Part shown: one piece after another, positions 31,492 to 41,446 of the stretch
Layout: every line of letters starts with the position of its first letter
How positions within the stretch are numbered: the stretch's first letter is position 1
NCBI GenBank assembly: GCA_020348925.1
Contig: CP070758.1
Location: forward strand, 248,001-312,000
Direction of reading: 5' to 3'
Source of the DNA: Gemmatimonadota bacterium
Lineage (GTDB): Bacteria > JBHIER01 > G020348925
Length of the DNA stretch: 64,000 nt
Position numbers and translations under genes: made by a program
The notes under the pieces: model-generated
Seen by the model: the letters and a program-made list of their open reading frames with translations, nothing else
What the model was told of the DNA's origin: nothing
Databases searched by the model: none

Positions 31492-32928
31492 CTATTGAGA
31501 GCGTTTGACCGCGAACGTCTTTCGTTCAAGAACTTCTTTTTCTCCTGCCGTATTGGGCAGAACTCTATACTCTCCACTGAAGCATGCCGTGCAGTAATCG
31601 TCGGCTCTATTCGGCACCGCCTTGAGAAGTCCCTCCAGTGAAAGATACCCAAGGGTGTCGGCTCCGATAAAATGCCGGATCTCCTCGACCGAATGGGACG
31701 AGGCTATGAGTTCCTCGCGAGTAGGGATGTCGATGCCGTAAAAACACGGGTGTGTCAAAGGCGGGGCACTCACTCGGAAATGGACCTCCCGCACCCCGGT
31801 CTGACGCAGCATGTTGACCAGCTTCATCGAAGTCGTCCCCCGCACAATCGAATCGTCCACGACCACAATCCGCTTCCCGTTGAGCACACCTCGCACAGGA
31901 TTAAATTTGATGAGCACACCCTTGTCCCTCGTGGCCTGGCTTGGATGGATAAAGGTTAGTCCCACGTAATGGTTTCGAATGAGTCCCAATTCGAAGCGGA
32001 TGCCTGACTCCTCAGAGTATCCCAGGGTGGCCGTGTTGCTCGAGTCAGGCACAGAGATGACGATGTCGGCCTCGGCCGGCTGTTCCTGGGCCAATTGGTG
32101 GCCCAACCGGCGGCGTGCTTTATCGACGTTCTCTTTGAAAATGATACTATCCGGTCGTGCGAAGTAGATGTATTCGAAAATACAGAAGGAGTTCTGTCTT
32201 CGTGCAAAGGGACGAAAGGATTGCACGCCGTCTTCATTGAGGACAATCATCTCGCCCGGTTCGACATCGCGGAGGTATTCGGCATTGATGATATCCAGTG
32301 CGCACGATTCGGAGGTCAGGACGTAGGCATCGTCCAGCTGCCCCAAGCACATCGGTCGAAATCCGTGAGGATCGCGAACACCAATGACCGCTTCCGGCGT
32401 GGCGAAGACGAGCGAGTACGCACCGCGAACGCATCCCAGAGCTTCAATAATTCGCTCAGACAGATTTTCCTTTTTCGATCTTGCCACGAGGTGAACGATG
32501 AGTTCACTGTCCGTCGTCGTCTGAAAAATGGAACCATCTCTTTCCATGACTTCCCGAAGCTGTTGCGTGTTCACCAAATTCCCATTGTGAGCGACCGCTA
32601 AGGGACCATCCTTGTAGCGAATGAGAATAGGCTGGGCGTTCACAAGCAGAGTCCCACCTGTCGTGGAATAGCGGTTGTGACCGACGGCAAGATGTCCGGG
32701 AAAGGTCTTCAGAAGCCCCTTCTTCCCAAAAACATCGGCCACAAGTCCCATCCCTCTGTGGTGGTACATCTGCTCGCCATCTGACGTCACCATACCGGTG
32801 CTCTCCTGGCCACGATGTTGGAGCGCGTACAAGCCAAGATAGGTCAGCTCGGCAGCTTGCGAGTGCCCATAAATTCCAAAGATGCCGCATGCTTCCTTGA
32901 GTCTGCCCCTGATCACAGAGTCGTTCAT
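31492..32928 (-). CDS. purF: Amidophosphoribosyltransferase
   Basis: Propeptide-ACGIFG, LQHRGQE, HNRYST, CIFEYIYFARPDS, VVVDDSIVRGTT and CTACF motifs. Confidence 0.97.
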   Translation of the reverse strand: MNDSVIRGRLKEACGIFGIYGHSQAAELTYLGLYALQHRGQESTGMVTSDGEQMYHHRGMGLVADVFGKKGLLKTFPGHLAVGHNRYSTTGGTLLVNAQPILIRYKDGPLAVAHNGNLVNTQQLREVMERDGSIFQTTTDSELIVHLVARSKKENLSERIIEALGCVRGAYSLVFATPEAVIGVRDPHGFRPMCLGQLDDAYVLTSESCALDIINAEYLRDVEPGEMIVLNEDGVQSFRPFARRQNSFCIFEYIYFARPDSIIFKENVDKARRRLGHQLAQEQPAEADIVISVPDSSNTATLGYSEESGIRFELGLIRNHYVGLTFIHPSQATRDKGVLIKFNPVRGVLNGKRIVVVDDSIVRGTTSMKLVNMLRQTGVREVHFRVSAPPLTHPCFYGIDIPTREELIASSHSVEEIRHFIGADTLGYLSLEGLLKAVPNRADDYCTACFSGEYRVLPNTAGEKEVLERKTFAVKRSQ

Positions 32929-32929
32929 T

Positions 32930-33967
32930 CTATTCCACCCGGATGTGGTTCGAGTAGATCCAGGCCCTGCCCCGTCGGAAGACTTCAACACGGTACAAGC
33001 CGGAGTCTTGGACAGGAAAGGACACCTCCGTCCCATGAAGTGTATCATTGTGCACACCGTCTTTTATCAAGCGGATATCGGCCCGTTGCGGTGTGGTGAC
33101 TTTGAGTGCTATAAAACCATCACTTGCGATTGTATCGCCCATGTCGACCCGTTGGTCCTCCCGCTCGGCCCAAAAGCGAAATCCTCTCGCGTCACCCCAT
33201 CGATAATGGGATACGAAAGCCGAAGCTTGAGTCAAGGCCCGATAGATCGCCTCTTTGCTCCGGTGGACATCGGAAGTCAGGGATTCTTCGAGCAACAGGT
33301 GCGTGCGAATCGACTTGAGCTGAACCTTATACGGAAAAATCTCGAGGATCATGGGTCCCAGCTTGTAGGGAAAAGCGTGAACATCGATACCACCGATTCC
33401 GACAACTTTCCGCTGTTGATTGAAATCGTCCCACCATTTCAACGTACGTGCTGTCGGACCTTTGAGGGCTCTTCGCGGAGAAAGAAAGCGCCACAGTTTA
33501 TTGTGCTTGGTCAACCCCTCCATCCATTCCGACATATGATTCCATACTTCGATCCCGTCAAATCCATCGACGCTCCACTCCGTCCAGGGATAGGAGGGAT
33601 GATCCGGTAAGGCAGTTCTGACTTCATCGGGATGAGCGATGAAGCCGATGCCGCCCTTCTTCTTGACCAATCTGACATAATCCTTTGCACGCAATCCCGG
33701 TTCTACAATTTCCCTCAGGTTGTACGCAAGATAATGGTTTCGATTATCGGGATCGTTGATCTCGTACCCGATGAGGACCAGAACCTTGCCGTGCCATCCT
33801 TCAAGACCATCCGCCAACGGCTGAAGGGTCATATGATCAGCGAAGAGAAGAAAGTCGAGTCCTACAGAATCGGCGATGGCGGCGATTTCAGGGATCGATT
33901 TGGAGCCGTCGGAATAATCTGAATGAATGTGAATGGCCCCGATGTACTCAATAGATCTTTCAGCCAA
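32930..33967 (-). CDS. PHP-domain metallohydrolase
   Basis: HIHSDYSDG, ADH, AHP, IEVWN and GGIDVH motifs; probable TTG start. Confidence 0.85.
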   Translation of the reverse strand: MAERSIEYIGAIHIHSDYSDGSKSIPEIAAIADSVGLDFLLFADHMTLQPLADGLEGWHGKVLVLIGYEINDPDNRNHYLAYNLREIVEPGLRAKDYVRLVKKKGGIGFIAHPDEVRTALPDHPSYPWTEWSVDGFDGIEVWNHMSEWMEGLTKHNKLWRFLSPRRALKGPTARTLKWWDDFNQQRKVVGIGGIDVHAFPYKLGPMILEIFPYKVQLKSIRTHLLLEESLTSDVHRSKEAIYRALTQASAFVSHYRWGDARGFRFWAEREDQRVDMGDTIASDGFIALKVTTPQRADIRLIKDGVHNDTLHGTEVSFPVQDSGLYRVEVFRRGRAWIYSNHIRVE

Positions 33968-34194
33968 ATTTTGAATCCCCCAAAGAGGTTTCTCCAATGA
34001 AAAGATTACATGGCACAATTCATACAGTGAACTGTACTCCCTGTGGTCGCTCAGTGCTCCATGGAGTTCGACCGACCCTCCGGCGCTTCGCGATCCTTCG
34101 CCTCCTCGGATCGCTCCGCTGTCACCCGTGAAGCGGGCTCCGCCCTGAATCCCTCCTGCCCTTCGGAAATTTGCAGCATTTTCGAAAGGTCAGG

Positions 34195-34740
34195 TTACAA
34201 ACCCAATTGATCGTCGATCTCCTGCATCGCTTTGAGGCTGATACCGATGAAGGTTTCAACGTCCAGTTCTATCCGGTTACAGGTCTTGATCTGATCTCTG
34301 TTGGCTCCGGCGGCAAACCGTTTCTCCTTGAAGCGATTCGCGACAAACTCGGTATCGACGTTTCGCAGCTTCTTCGATGGATGCATGAGTGCGGCCGCAA
34401 CAATGAGCCCGGTTAAAGGATCAACGGCGTAGAGGGCTTTATCCATCCGTGATTCCGCCGGCACGTGGCCCGGATGGGCTTTGATGGCCTGAACCACCCG
34501 GTCATCGACATCGTACTCGCTCAGTATGTCTGCTGTCAGCAGCCCGTGCCTGGGAAAATCATCCACCGTCTGGTCATAATCCAAATCGTGCAGCAAACCC
34601 GCGAGGCCCCACAACTCTATATCCTCGTCGAAATGCTCGGCCAATCTCCGCATGACGGCTTCGGTAGCAAGCATGTGCTTTATAAGGTTCTTGTTTGAGA
34701 CCTTCGATTTCACCAGATCCAGTGCTTCATCTCGTGTCAT
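34195..34740 (-). CDS. HD (HDIG)-domain phosphohydrolase
   Basis: KHMLATE, GLLHDLD, AH and DPLTGLI motifs. Confidence 0.9.
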   Translation of the reverse strand: MTRDEALDLVKSKVSNKNLIKHMLATEAVMRRLAEHFDEDIELWGLAGLLHDLDYDQTVDDFPRHGLLTADILSEYDVDDRVVQAIKAHPGHVPAESRMDKALYAVDPLTGLIVAAALMHPSKKLRNVDTEFVANRFKEKRFAAGANRDQIKTCNRIELDVETFIGISLKAMQEIDDQLGL

Positions 34741-34964
34741 GTCAACCCCCTTGTGTGAATGAAGCCAAAATTTAATCTGCCCACGTGAAAAAGTCAAGGT
34801 TCAATTGAACCGGTCTTGACCTATCGTTTTTCCTTGCATTTTAGGCCCGATCATGCTATGTTATCTAACTGTAAACCTGAAAACGGCAGAGACTTCCAAA
34901 ACGGGACAGGTGATGTTTGGGTCTTTCGTTTCAGGCGTCATCATGGAAAAAAAGGAGGCGTAGC

Positions 34965-36647
34965 ATGGTGCACAAGCTCTTACAAGAGGCTTGGATCTTC
35001 AGTCTCATCCTTCTTCTCGCCGGTTGTGCCTCGAAAGAGGAGAAAGCGCTGAGAACCTTCATCCAAAAACATGTTGATCAGGTAAACCCTCTTTTGAAGG
35101 AGAGGAACCTCACCTACTGGGAAGCGTCCGCATCAGGAGAACAGAAGGCCTATGAGCGGTATGCCGAGCTGGACCTGGAATTGAGAACGCTCTACAGCAA
35201 CCGGGAAGATTTCGCCCAACTCAAAGAGTGGAAGGAGGCCGGAGCCATCAAAGATCCCATCCTGGAGCGTCAAATGACACTCTTGTACAACAACTACCTG
35301 GAAAATCAGATCGACAGCACGTTGATGCGCCACATGGTTGAAATCAGCACGGCTGTTGAGGAGAAGTTCAACACCTTTCGCGGGACAATCGATGATGAGG
35401 AGGTTTCGACAAAAGAGATCTACGAAATTTTGCGAACCGAAACAAGCTGGATTCAAAGGAAAAAGGCATGGGAGGCGAGCAAGCAGGTCGGTCGTTTCGT
35501 AGCACCTGAGCTCATCAGATTGGTGAAACTTCGCAATACGGCGGCCCGGCAACTGGGGTATGATAACTATTACACCATGGCCCTCACATTGGCGGAACAG
35601 GACGAGGGGAACCTGATCGATCTTTTTCAGAAACTGGCCGAGACAACCGAGGAATCGTTCCGCCGATTGAAGGCCGAAGTGGACAGCATTCTGGCTCCCC
35701 GGTACGGACTTCATCCGGAGATGATGCGGCCCTGGGGGTACAACGATCCCTTCTTTCAGGAGGTCCCCAAAATTGGAGAAGTGAGTCTCGATCAATTTTA
35801 TAAAAATGAAGACGTCAAAGAACTGGCGATTCGATATTTCACAAGCATTGGACTCGATGTCAACGATATTATGGAGCGAAGCGATCTGTACGAACGGGAG
35901 GGAAAATATCCCCACGCTTACTGTATCGACATCGATCGGGAGGGTGATATCCGAATTATGGCCAATCTGGTCAACGATGAATATGAGATGGATGCCATGC
36001 TTCATGAGCTGGGGCACGGCGTCTACGACAAATACATCGATCACACCCTCCCCTTTCTTCTCCGTGAACCCGCTCATGCCTTCACCACTGAGGCCATTGC
36101 CCTGCTCTGCGGTCGTTTGGCCCATAATGCACACTGGCTCAGTGCCATAAACCTCATTACACCAGAAGAGCGCGATCGTATCCAGCCGACGATTGCAAAG
36201 AGCCAGCGGATCGGTCAGCTGGTCTTCGCTCGCTGGTGTCAGGTTATGTTCAATTTTGAGCGTGCTCTGTACACGGACCCTGATCAGGATCTCAATACCC
36301 TGTGGTGGGATCTCGTGGAAAAGTATCAGTTTGTGACACGACCTGAGGACAGGGATGCACCCGATTGGGCGGCGAAAATCCATTTTACATCATCACCTGT
36401 CTATTACCACAATTATATGCTCGGCGAATTGGTGGCTTCCCAGTTTCAAAACTATATTGCCCAAAACGTCCTGAAGTCCCAAGATCCAATTGCCAACACC
36501 TTTTATAACCGTCCTGAAGTCGGTGCCTACATGAAAACGCACATCTTCCATCCGGGCAAACGGTACGATTGGAATGGTCTGCTGGAATACGCGACAAAGG
36601 AACCATTGAACCCGGTTCATTTTGCACAGCAATTCATTACGCCTTGA
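34965..36647 (+). CDS. Lipoprotein zinc metallopeptidase, M2/M3-like
   Basis: LAGC lipobox, HELGH, TEAIA and PDWAAKIH...PVYYHNY motifs; AGGAGG RBS. Confidence 0.88.
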   Translation: MVHKLLQEAWIFSLILLLAGCASKEEKALRTFIQKHVDQVNPLLKERNLTYWEASASGEQKAYERYAELDLELRTLYSNREDFAQLKEWKEAGAIKDPILERQMTLLYNNYLENQIDSTLMRHMVEISTAVEEKFNTFRGTIDDEEVSTKEIYEILRTETSWIQRKKAWEASKQVGRFVAPELIRLVKLRNTAARQLGYDNYYTMALTLAEQDEGNLIDLFQKLAETTEESFRRLKAEVDSILAPRYGLHPEMMRPWGYNDPFFQEVPKIGEVSLDQFYKNEDVKELAIRYFTSIGLDVNDIMERSDLYEREGKYPHAYCIDIDREGDIRIMANLVNDEYEMDAMLHELGHGVYDKYIDHTLPFLLREPAHAFTTEAIALLCGRLAHNAHWLSAINLITPEERDRIQPTIAKSQRIGQLVFARWCQVMFNFERALYTDPDQDLNTLWWDLVEKYQFVTRPEDRDAPDWAAKIHFTSSPVYYHNYMLGELVASQFQNYIAQNVLKSQDPIANTFYNRPEVGAYMKTHIFHPGKRYDWNGLLEYATKEPLNPVHFAQQFITP

Positions 36648-36687
36648 TATACATAAAATACTTTTTCTCGAAACGCAGCCTGCTTGA

Positions 36688-37518
36688 ATGCCGGAACTTC
36701 CTGAAATGGTCGTCATCGCCGAACAGATGGCGAAAATGCTGAATGGAAAAGTTTTTCAAACCCTCTTCATATTTCAGCCGAAATGCCTGAACAGACCTGA
36801 GGCGGACTTCCAAAAGATACTTCCCGGGAAAAAGATCAATAAAGTTGCACCTTACGGAAAATGGGTCGCCATGCACCTCTCCGATAAGGTTCGGCTGCTT
36901 GTCAGTCTGGGGATGGGTGGGGAACTCCGCTCCCTGAAAAAAAACCAGTCTCCTCCCGAGAAGGCCCGCGTGGTTGTGAGATTTACCGACGGCACTGGAT
37001 TCTTTATTGCGTTATGGTGGTTTGGGTATGTCCACCTCATTTTGGATGGTGAGCAACACCCCATGACCGATACCCTCGGACCGGATCCCCTCGAGCTATC
37101 GTCACCGGAATTCCGCAGTCTGTTCGCAGGGCGACGAGGGGCAGTCAAATCTTTTCTGTTGAATCAAAAACGTGTGCGAGGTATCGGGAACTTCTATATA
37201 CAGGAGATTCTTTTCAAAGCGCACCTCCATCCCCTCCACCCCATCCCTTCTCTTTCGACGTCCGCTTTAAATCGACTTCACAAGGCCATCCGAGATGTCT
37301 TTCGAGAATCAATTCAATTGGGATCAAGTTCTTACGAACTCGATTTTTTTGGAAAGAAAGGAAAATACGGTCTGAATCGAATGTCGTTCGCGTATCAAGA
37401 CGGAGCACCCTGCCCCAAATGCGGCGCACAAACCAGGAAGATCAAGACCGGCTCCACAGCTCAGTATATTTGTTCCAAATGTCAGGTGTTGCCCAAAACG
37501 ATGACGACGAAAAAGTGA
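36688..37518 (+). CDS. Fpg/Nei family DNA glycosylase
   Basis: PELPE N-terminus, H2TH LLNQ...GIGNFY, CPKC...CSKCQ zinc finger. Confidence 0.9.
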   Translation: MPELPEMVVIAEQMAKMLNGKVFQTLFIFQPKCLNRPEADFQKILPGKKINKVAPYGKWVAMHLSDKVRLLVSLGMGGELRSLKKNQSPPEKARVVVRFTDGTGFFIALWWFGYVHLILDGEQHPMTDTLGPDPLELSSPEFRSLFAGRRGAVKSFLLNQKRVRGIGNFYIQEILFKAHLHPLHPIPSLSTSALNRLHKAIRDVFRESIQLGSSSYELDFFGKKGKYGLNRMSFAYQDGAPCPKCGAQTRKIKTGSTAQYICSKCQVLPKTMTTKK

Positions 37519-37690
37519 AATCAGATCATGATGAAGAGAGTAAGGTGATACGGTTCTTACAGAAACATCACAAATTTTGAAAGAAAAGGTAACATTTCTG
37601 TAGCATCCTGTGGATTTTGGCCTTATCTTTGAATTTCTGCTTTTGACGATGAACAGGCATTTTTAATCATTCAAAACAAAGGAGTTGCAC

Positions 37691-39853
37691 GTGGCTGAGG
37701 GAAAAAAGAAAACCGGTGTCTTGAGATCTTTTTCGCGGCTCTACTGGATCGTCGTCATGTTCGAGTTCTTCGAGCGCGGTGCCTACTACGGCATGATGAG
37801 CTTTCTCTCCGTCTACCTGACGAATATTCTCAACTTCGAGAAGGAGGCCGTGGGAACCATCAAAGGCACCATCCAGCCGCTTCTCTATTTCCTTCCAATT
37901 CTTGCCGGTGCCCTGGCCGATCGTTACGGGTATCGCAAAATTCTCATGATTGCTTTCGCTCTTTTGGGCGGAGGATATTTTCTCACGAGTCAGATGACGT
38001 CGTACACCGCCGTTTTTATTGCCTTGGTCATCATGGGGTTCGGTGCTGGAGCTTTCAAGCCAATTATTAGCAGCAGCATAGCCCGGACCACCGACGAGAC
38101 GAATTCAACCCTCGGTTTTGGGATTTATTACTGGTCCATCAACCTGGGAGCCTTTCTCTTCCCCCTCATCCTGGTCCCCCTTCTGAAAAATAACGTCGGC
38201 TGGGAATGGGTCATCATCGCCTCGGCCATTTGTACCGGAGCTATGCTCATTCCGACAATAACCATGTACAAGGATCCTCCCATGCCGCAGGAGGTCGAGG
38301 CCCGCAAGGAGTTCAATCTTATTCAGACCTTGGCCGATGCCTTTGAAATCATTTACTCGCCGGTTATTTTGGTCTATCGGGCCTGTCAGAAACAGCGGGG
38401 GACCGCTCTGGCCACACTCATCGTCATGGTCGGATTTACTGTTTTTGCTCTTTCCCAGTATATGGCCCCTCGCACCGCAGCCGTGGCAGTACCTGGCACC
38501 ACGTTCAAGGTGGATGGTGCTCTTCTCGAGGTGCGTGTCGAGCGGAACATGACCACAAAACAACCGTTCCAAATCTCAACGCCTGAGGAAAGCGGCGTCG
38601 CCCCTATCCTGATCGTGCATCGGCCTGATAACATGACGGGATTTCTTGACGCTCTGATGGACTCGCTCGGAATGTCAGGTCTACCGGAGACTGTCGAGGC
38701 TTCACAAGTATCGGCTCTGGTGCGGAAAGCCATTCGACCCATCCAATTACATATGACCGAATCGAAAACGGCAGGTCCGTATGCGATCCAACCAGTTGTG
38801 GAACGTGGTGTTGAGATTCGGGTGGCGAATCCAGACGATTATGACCGTTTCCGCAACGATATAATCGCAGAACTCCGCACAATACCGGAGTTGGCCACGG
38901 TCTCAGGCGCTGTTGTCGACGATCTCTTCGAGCGCGGTTCACGACGGCCCTTTTTACTGATTTTTGTGGCCCTCTTGCTGTTAACCGCTTTTGCCATTTT
39001 GAAGCTTGAGCCGCTTTTCAAGGCTGCACCGCGCTCGACGCAGTCTCTGTACATTATGGTCACTTTAGGTATTGCCGCATTACTCATATGGCTGCTGCCA
39101 GGTCTTTCCCTTTTTACGCGGATATTAACGTCGGTTATTTTCGTGACCGTACTCTCCATATATCAAATGGACCTCAAAGAGATGGGTCGTTTCCGCAACC
39201 ACTGGAGATTTTTGTTCCTCGTTTTTCTCTACTCCGGATTCTGGGTTCTCTATTTCCAGATGTTCGATTCCGTGCTGTGGTATGTCAATGCCTATGTTGA
39301 CGCCACGCCGTTGAACAGTTTCGTCAACAGTATCCCGGCCATTTTCGGAGTTCAGACCAACTGGTTCTTTGATGTGGAACATGTCACGGTCATTAATGCC
39401 GGCACCATTATTGTGCTCATGCTTCTCATCTCCAATATCGTCAACCGGACAAAAGCGCTGCCCACCATGATGGTCGGCATTGGTCTTGGAACCGTAGGCA
39501 TGGCGATCCTGGCCATCAACACGAACATCTGGGTCTTCATGATCGGCATCACGGTGTTTTCAATCGGAGAGATGACGACCCATCCGAAATTCATCAGTTA
39601 CGTCGGGCTCACCGCTCCCAAGGACCGGGTGGCAACGTACATGGGTTACATCTTCCTGTATGGTGTTATTGGGTCGAGTATCGGTGCACCTGTGGGGGCC
39701 AAACTCTACGTCCAGTTCGTCGACAACATGAATCAACCGCGAACGCTCTGGATCATCTTCAGCTGCATCGGCGTCTTCACCATCTTAGCCCTCCTGCTCT
39801 ACAACAAATTCCTCGCCCCGAAGGAGCAGCCCACACCCACCCCCGCGGAGTGA
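37691..39853 (+). CDS. MFS transporter (POT/PTR-like) with large central insertion
   Basis: EFFERGAYYG (ExxER), GALADRYG, YWSINLG and IGEM motifs; GTG start after AAGGAG. Confidence 0.85.
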   Translation: MAEGKKKTGVLRSFSRLYWIVVMFEFFERGAYYGMMSFLSVYLTNILNFEKEAVGTIKGTIQPLLYFLPILAGALADRYGYRKILMIAFALLGGGYFLTSQMTSYTAVFIALVIMGFGAGAFKPIISSSIARTTDETNSTLGFGIYYWSINLGAFLFPLILVPLLKNNVGWEWVIIASAICTGAMLIPTITMYKDPPMPQEVEARKEFNLIQTLADAFEIIYSPVILVYRACQKQRGTALATLIVMVGFTVFALSQYMAPRTAAVAVPGTTFKVDGALLEVRVERNMTTKQPFQISTPEESGVAPILIVHRPDNMTGFLDALMDSLGMSGLPETVEASQVSALVRKAIRPIQLHMTESKTAGPYAIQPVVERGVEIRVANPDDYDRFRNDIIAELRTIPELATVSGAVVDDLFERGSRRPFLLIFVALLLLTAFAILKLEPLFKAAPRSTQSLYIMVTLGIAALLIWLLPGLSLFTRILTSVIFVTVLSIYQMDLKEMGRFRNHWRFLFLVFLYSGFWVLYFQMFDSVLWYVNAYVDATPLNSFVNSIPAIFGVQTNWFFDVEHVTVINAGTIIVLMLLISNIVNRTKALPTMMVGIGLGTVGMAILAINTNIWVFMIGITVFSIGEMTTHPKFISYVGLTAPKDRVATYMGYIFLYGVIGSSIGAPVGAKLYVQFVDNMNQPRTLWIIFSCIGVFTILALLLYNKFLAPKEQPTPTPAE

Positions 39854-40035
39854 TGTTTCGAAAAAAAGAGGTCCTGACAGAGTGATCACTGCAGGCTAAC
39901 TCGAATGAAAAATGGAGTCGAAACTTTTCATCGCACTGCTCTGCACTAATTCCAAGAGACCGTATATCACCCGCAAGGAACAGTGTGATGTGATATGAGC
40001 TTCCTTTTGCTCAACGCTCCTGTTTTCTTCTCCCC

Positions 40036-41400
40036 TTATCCGTTTCCAGATGGTCTTTCCAATCTATATGTTTTCATTTTGCGATGAATGTTTGTGCGGT
40101 CCAATTTAAGTTCTTTTGCTGTCTTGATCACATTCCATTCGTTCGCCACAAGTTTACTGAGTAAGAACTGGCGTTCGAACTCTTGTTTCGCCCGATCCCA
40201 GGGTGTATCGAGGGACAATTCAAAACTTGGTTTCACTTGTTGTAAGGCCCTTACATGTTCCTCTGCAATATGATCCGACTCGGTAAGAATGACCAAGCGC
40301 TCAACAAAACTCTTCAATTCACGCACGTTACCAGACCAGGAATATTGCATAAGAGCTGAAAAAGCACTCTGTGACAGTCGCTTCATCCTTATGTTGTTTT
40401 CTTCACAGATCCCCTGAAGAAAGAAAGCAACCAGATCCTCGATATCTTCCTTGCGTTCTCTCAACGGGGGCACATGAATGGAGACGACATTTAAGCGATA
40501 AAAAAGGTCCGCTCGAAAGTTACCCTTTTCAATGAGAACCTTAAGTTCCTTGTTTGTCGCTGCAAGTACGCGAACGTCCACATTTTTCGGAGATGGATCC
40601 CCAATTCGCTGAATCTCTCCCTCTTCAATAGCTCGAAGTACCTTGGCTTGTGTCGTCGGAGCCATGTCTCCAATTTCATCCAAGAAAAGCGTACTCCCAT
40701 TGGCATGCTCAAATTTGCCAATCTGATCGGAGATTGCACCGGTGAAGGAACCCTTCTTGTGACCGAACAACTCTGATTCGATTAACTCATGAGGTATGGC
40801 AGCACAATTCACCATAACAAAGGGTCCACTCACCCGGGGACTCACATTGTGAATGGCTCTGGCTACTAATTCTTTTCCGGTACCGCTTTCGCCAGTAATG
40901 AGGACTCGCGAGTTGGTCGGAGCTATCTTTTCGATGAGGTCGTATACCTCTCTCATTGCCCCGCTCGTTCCGATCATACGATAGCGTTCTCGGATATTCT
41001 TGATCAAGCTTTTCTTTTCCCTTTCCGTCCGTTCTTGGGCGAGAGCGTTTCTGATCGTAATAAGAATGCGCTGGGCTTCCAGAGGCTTCTCGATAAAATC
41101 GTAGGCACCGAGTTTTATAGCCTCCACAGCCGTCTTGATTGTTCCGTGCCCAGAAATAATGATAACAGGTAAATCCGGCTTCAACTCCATTGAACGCCGC
41201 AGGACGTCTATTCCGTCTAAACCCGGAAGTTTTAAATCAAGAAACACGAGTTGAATGTTTTTGTTTTCAATTTCCTCGATCGCCCCATGGCCGTCTTTAG
41301 CCTGAAAAACTTGGTATCCTTCCAATTCGAGAATATCCTGAAGAATATTTCGAATCTTTGCTTCATCATCGACTACGAGTATGGTTGTTTTGTCTTTCAT
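40036..41400 (-). CDS. NtrC/NtrX-family response regulator (receiver-AAA+-HTH)
   Basis: VVDDE, GESGTGKE, ESELFGHKKGSFTGA, LFLDEIG and FRADLFYRL motifs. Confidence 0.93.
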   Translation of the reverse strand: MKDKTTILVVDDEAKIRNILQDILELEGYQVFQAKDGHGAIEEIENKNIQLVFLDLKLPGLDGIDVLRRSMELKPDLPVIIISGHGTIKTAVEAIKLGAYDFIEKPLEAQRILITIRNALAQERTEREKKSLIKNIRERYRMIGTSGAMREVYDLIEKIAPTNSRVLITGESGTGKELVARAIHNVSPRVSGPFVMVNCAAIPHELIESELFGHKKGSFTGAISDQIGKFEHANGSTLFLDEIGDMAPTTQAKVLRAIEEGEIQRIGDPSPKNVDVRVLAATNKELKVLIEKGNFRADLFYRLNVVSIHVPPLRERKEDIEDLVAFFLQGICEENNIRMKRLSQSAFSALMQYSWSGNVRELKSFVERLVILTESDHIAEEHVRALQQVKPSFELSLDTPWDRAKQEFERQFLLSKLVANEWNVIKTAKELKLDRTNIHRKMKTYRLERPSGNG

Positions 41401-41446
41401 CCCATTTCCTGATACGCTGAACACTCTGGATAACTGTAATTAAGCA

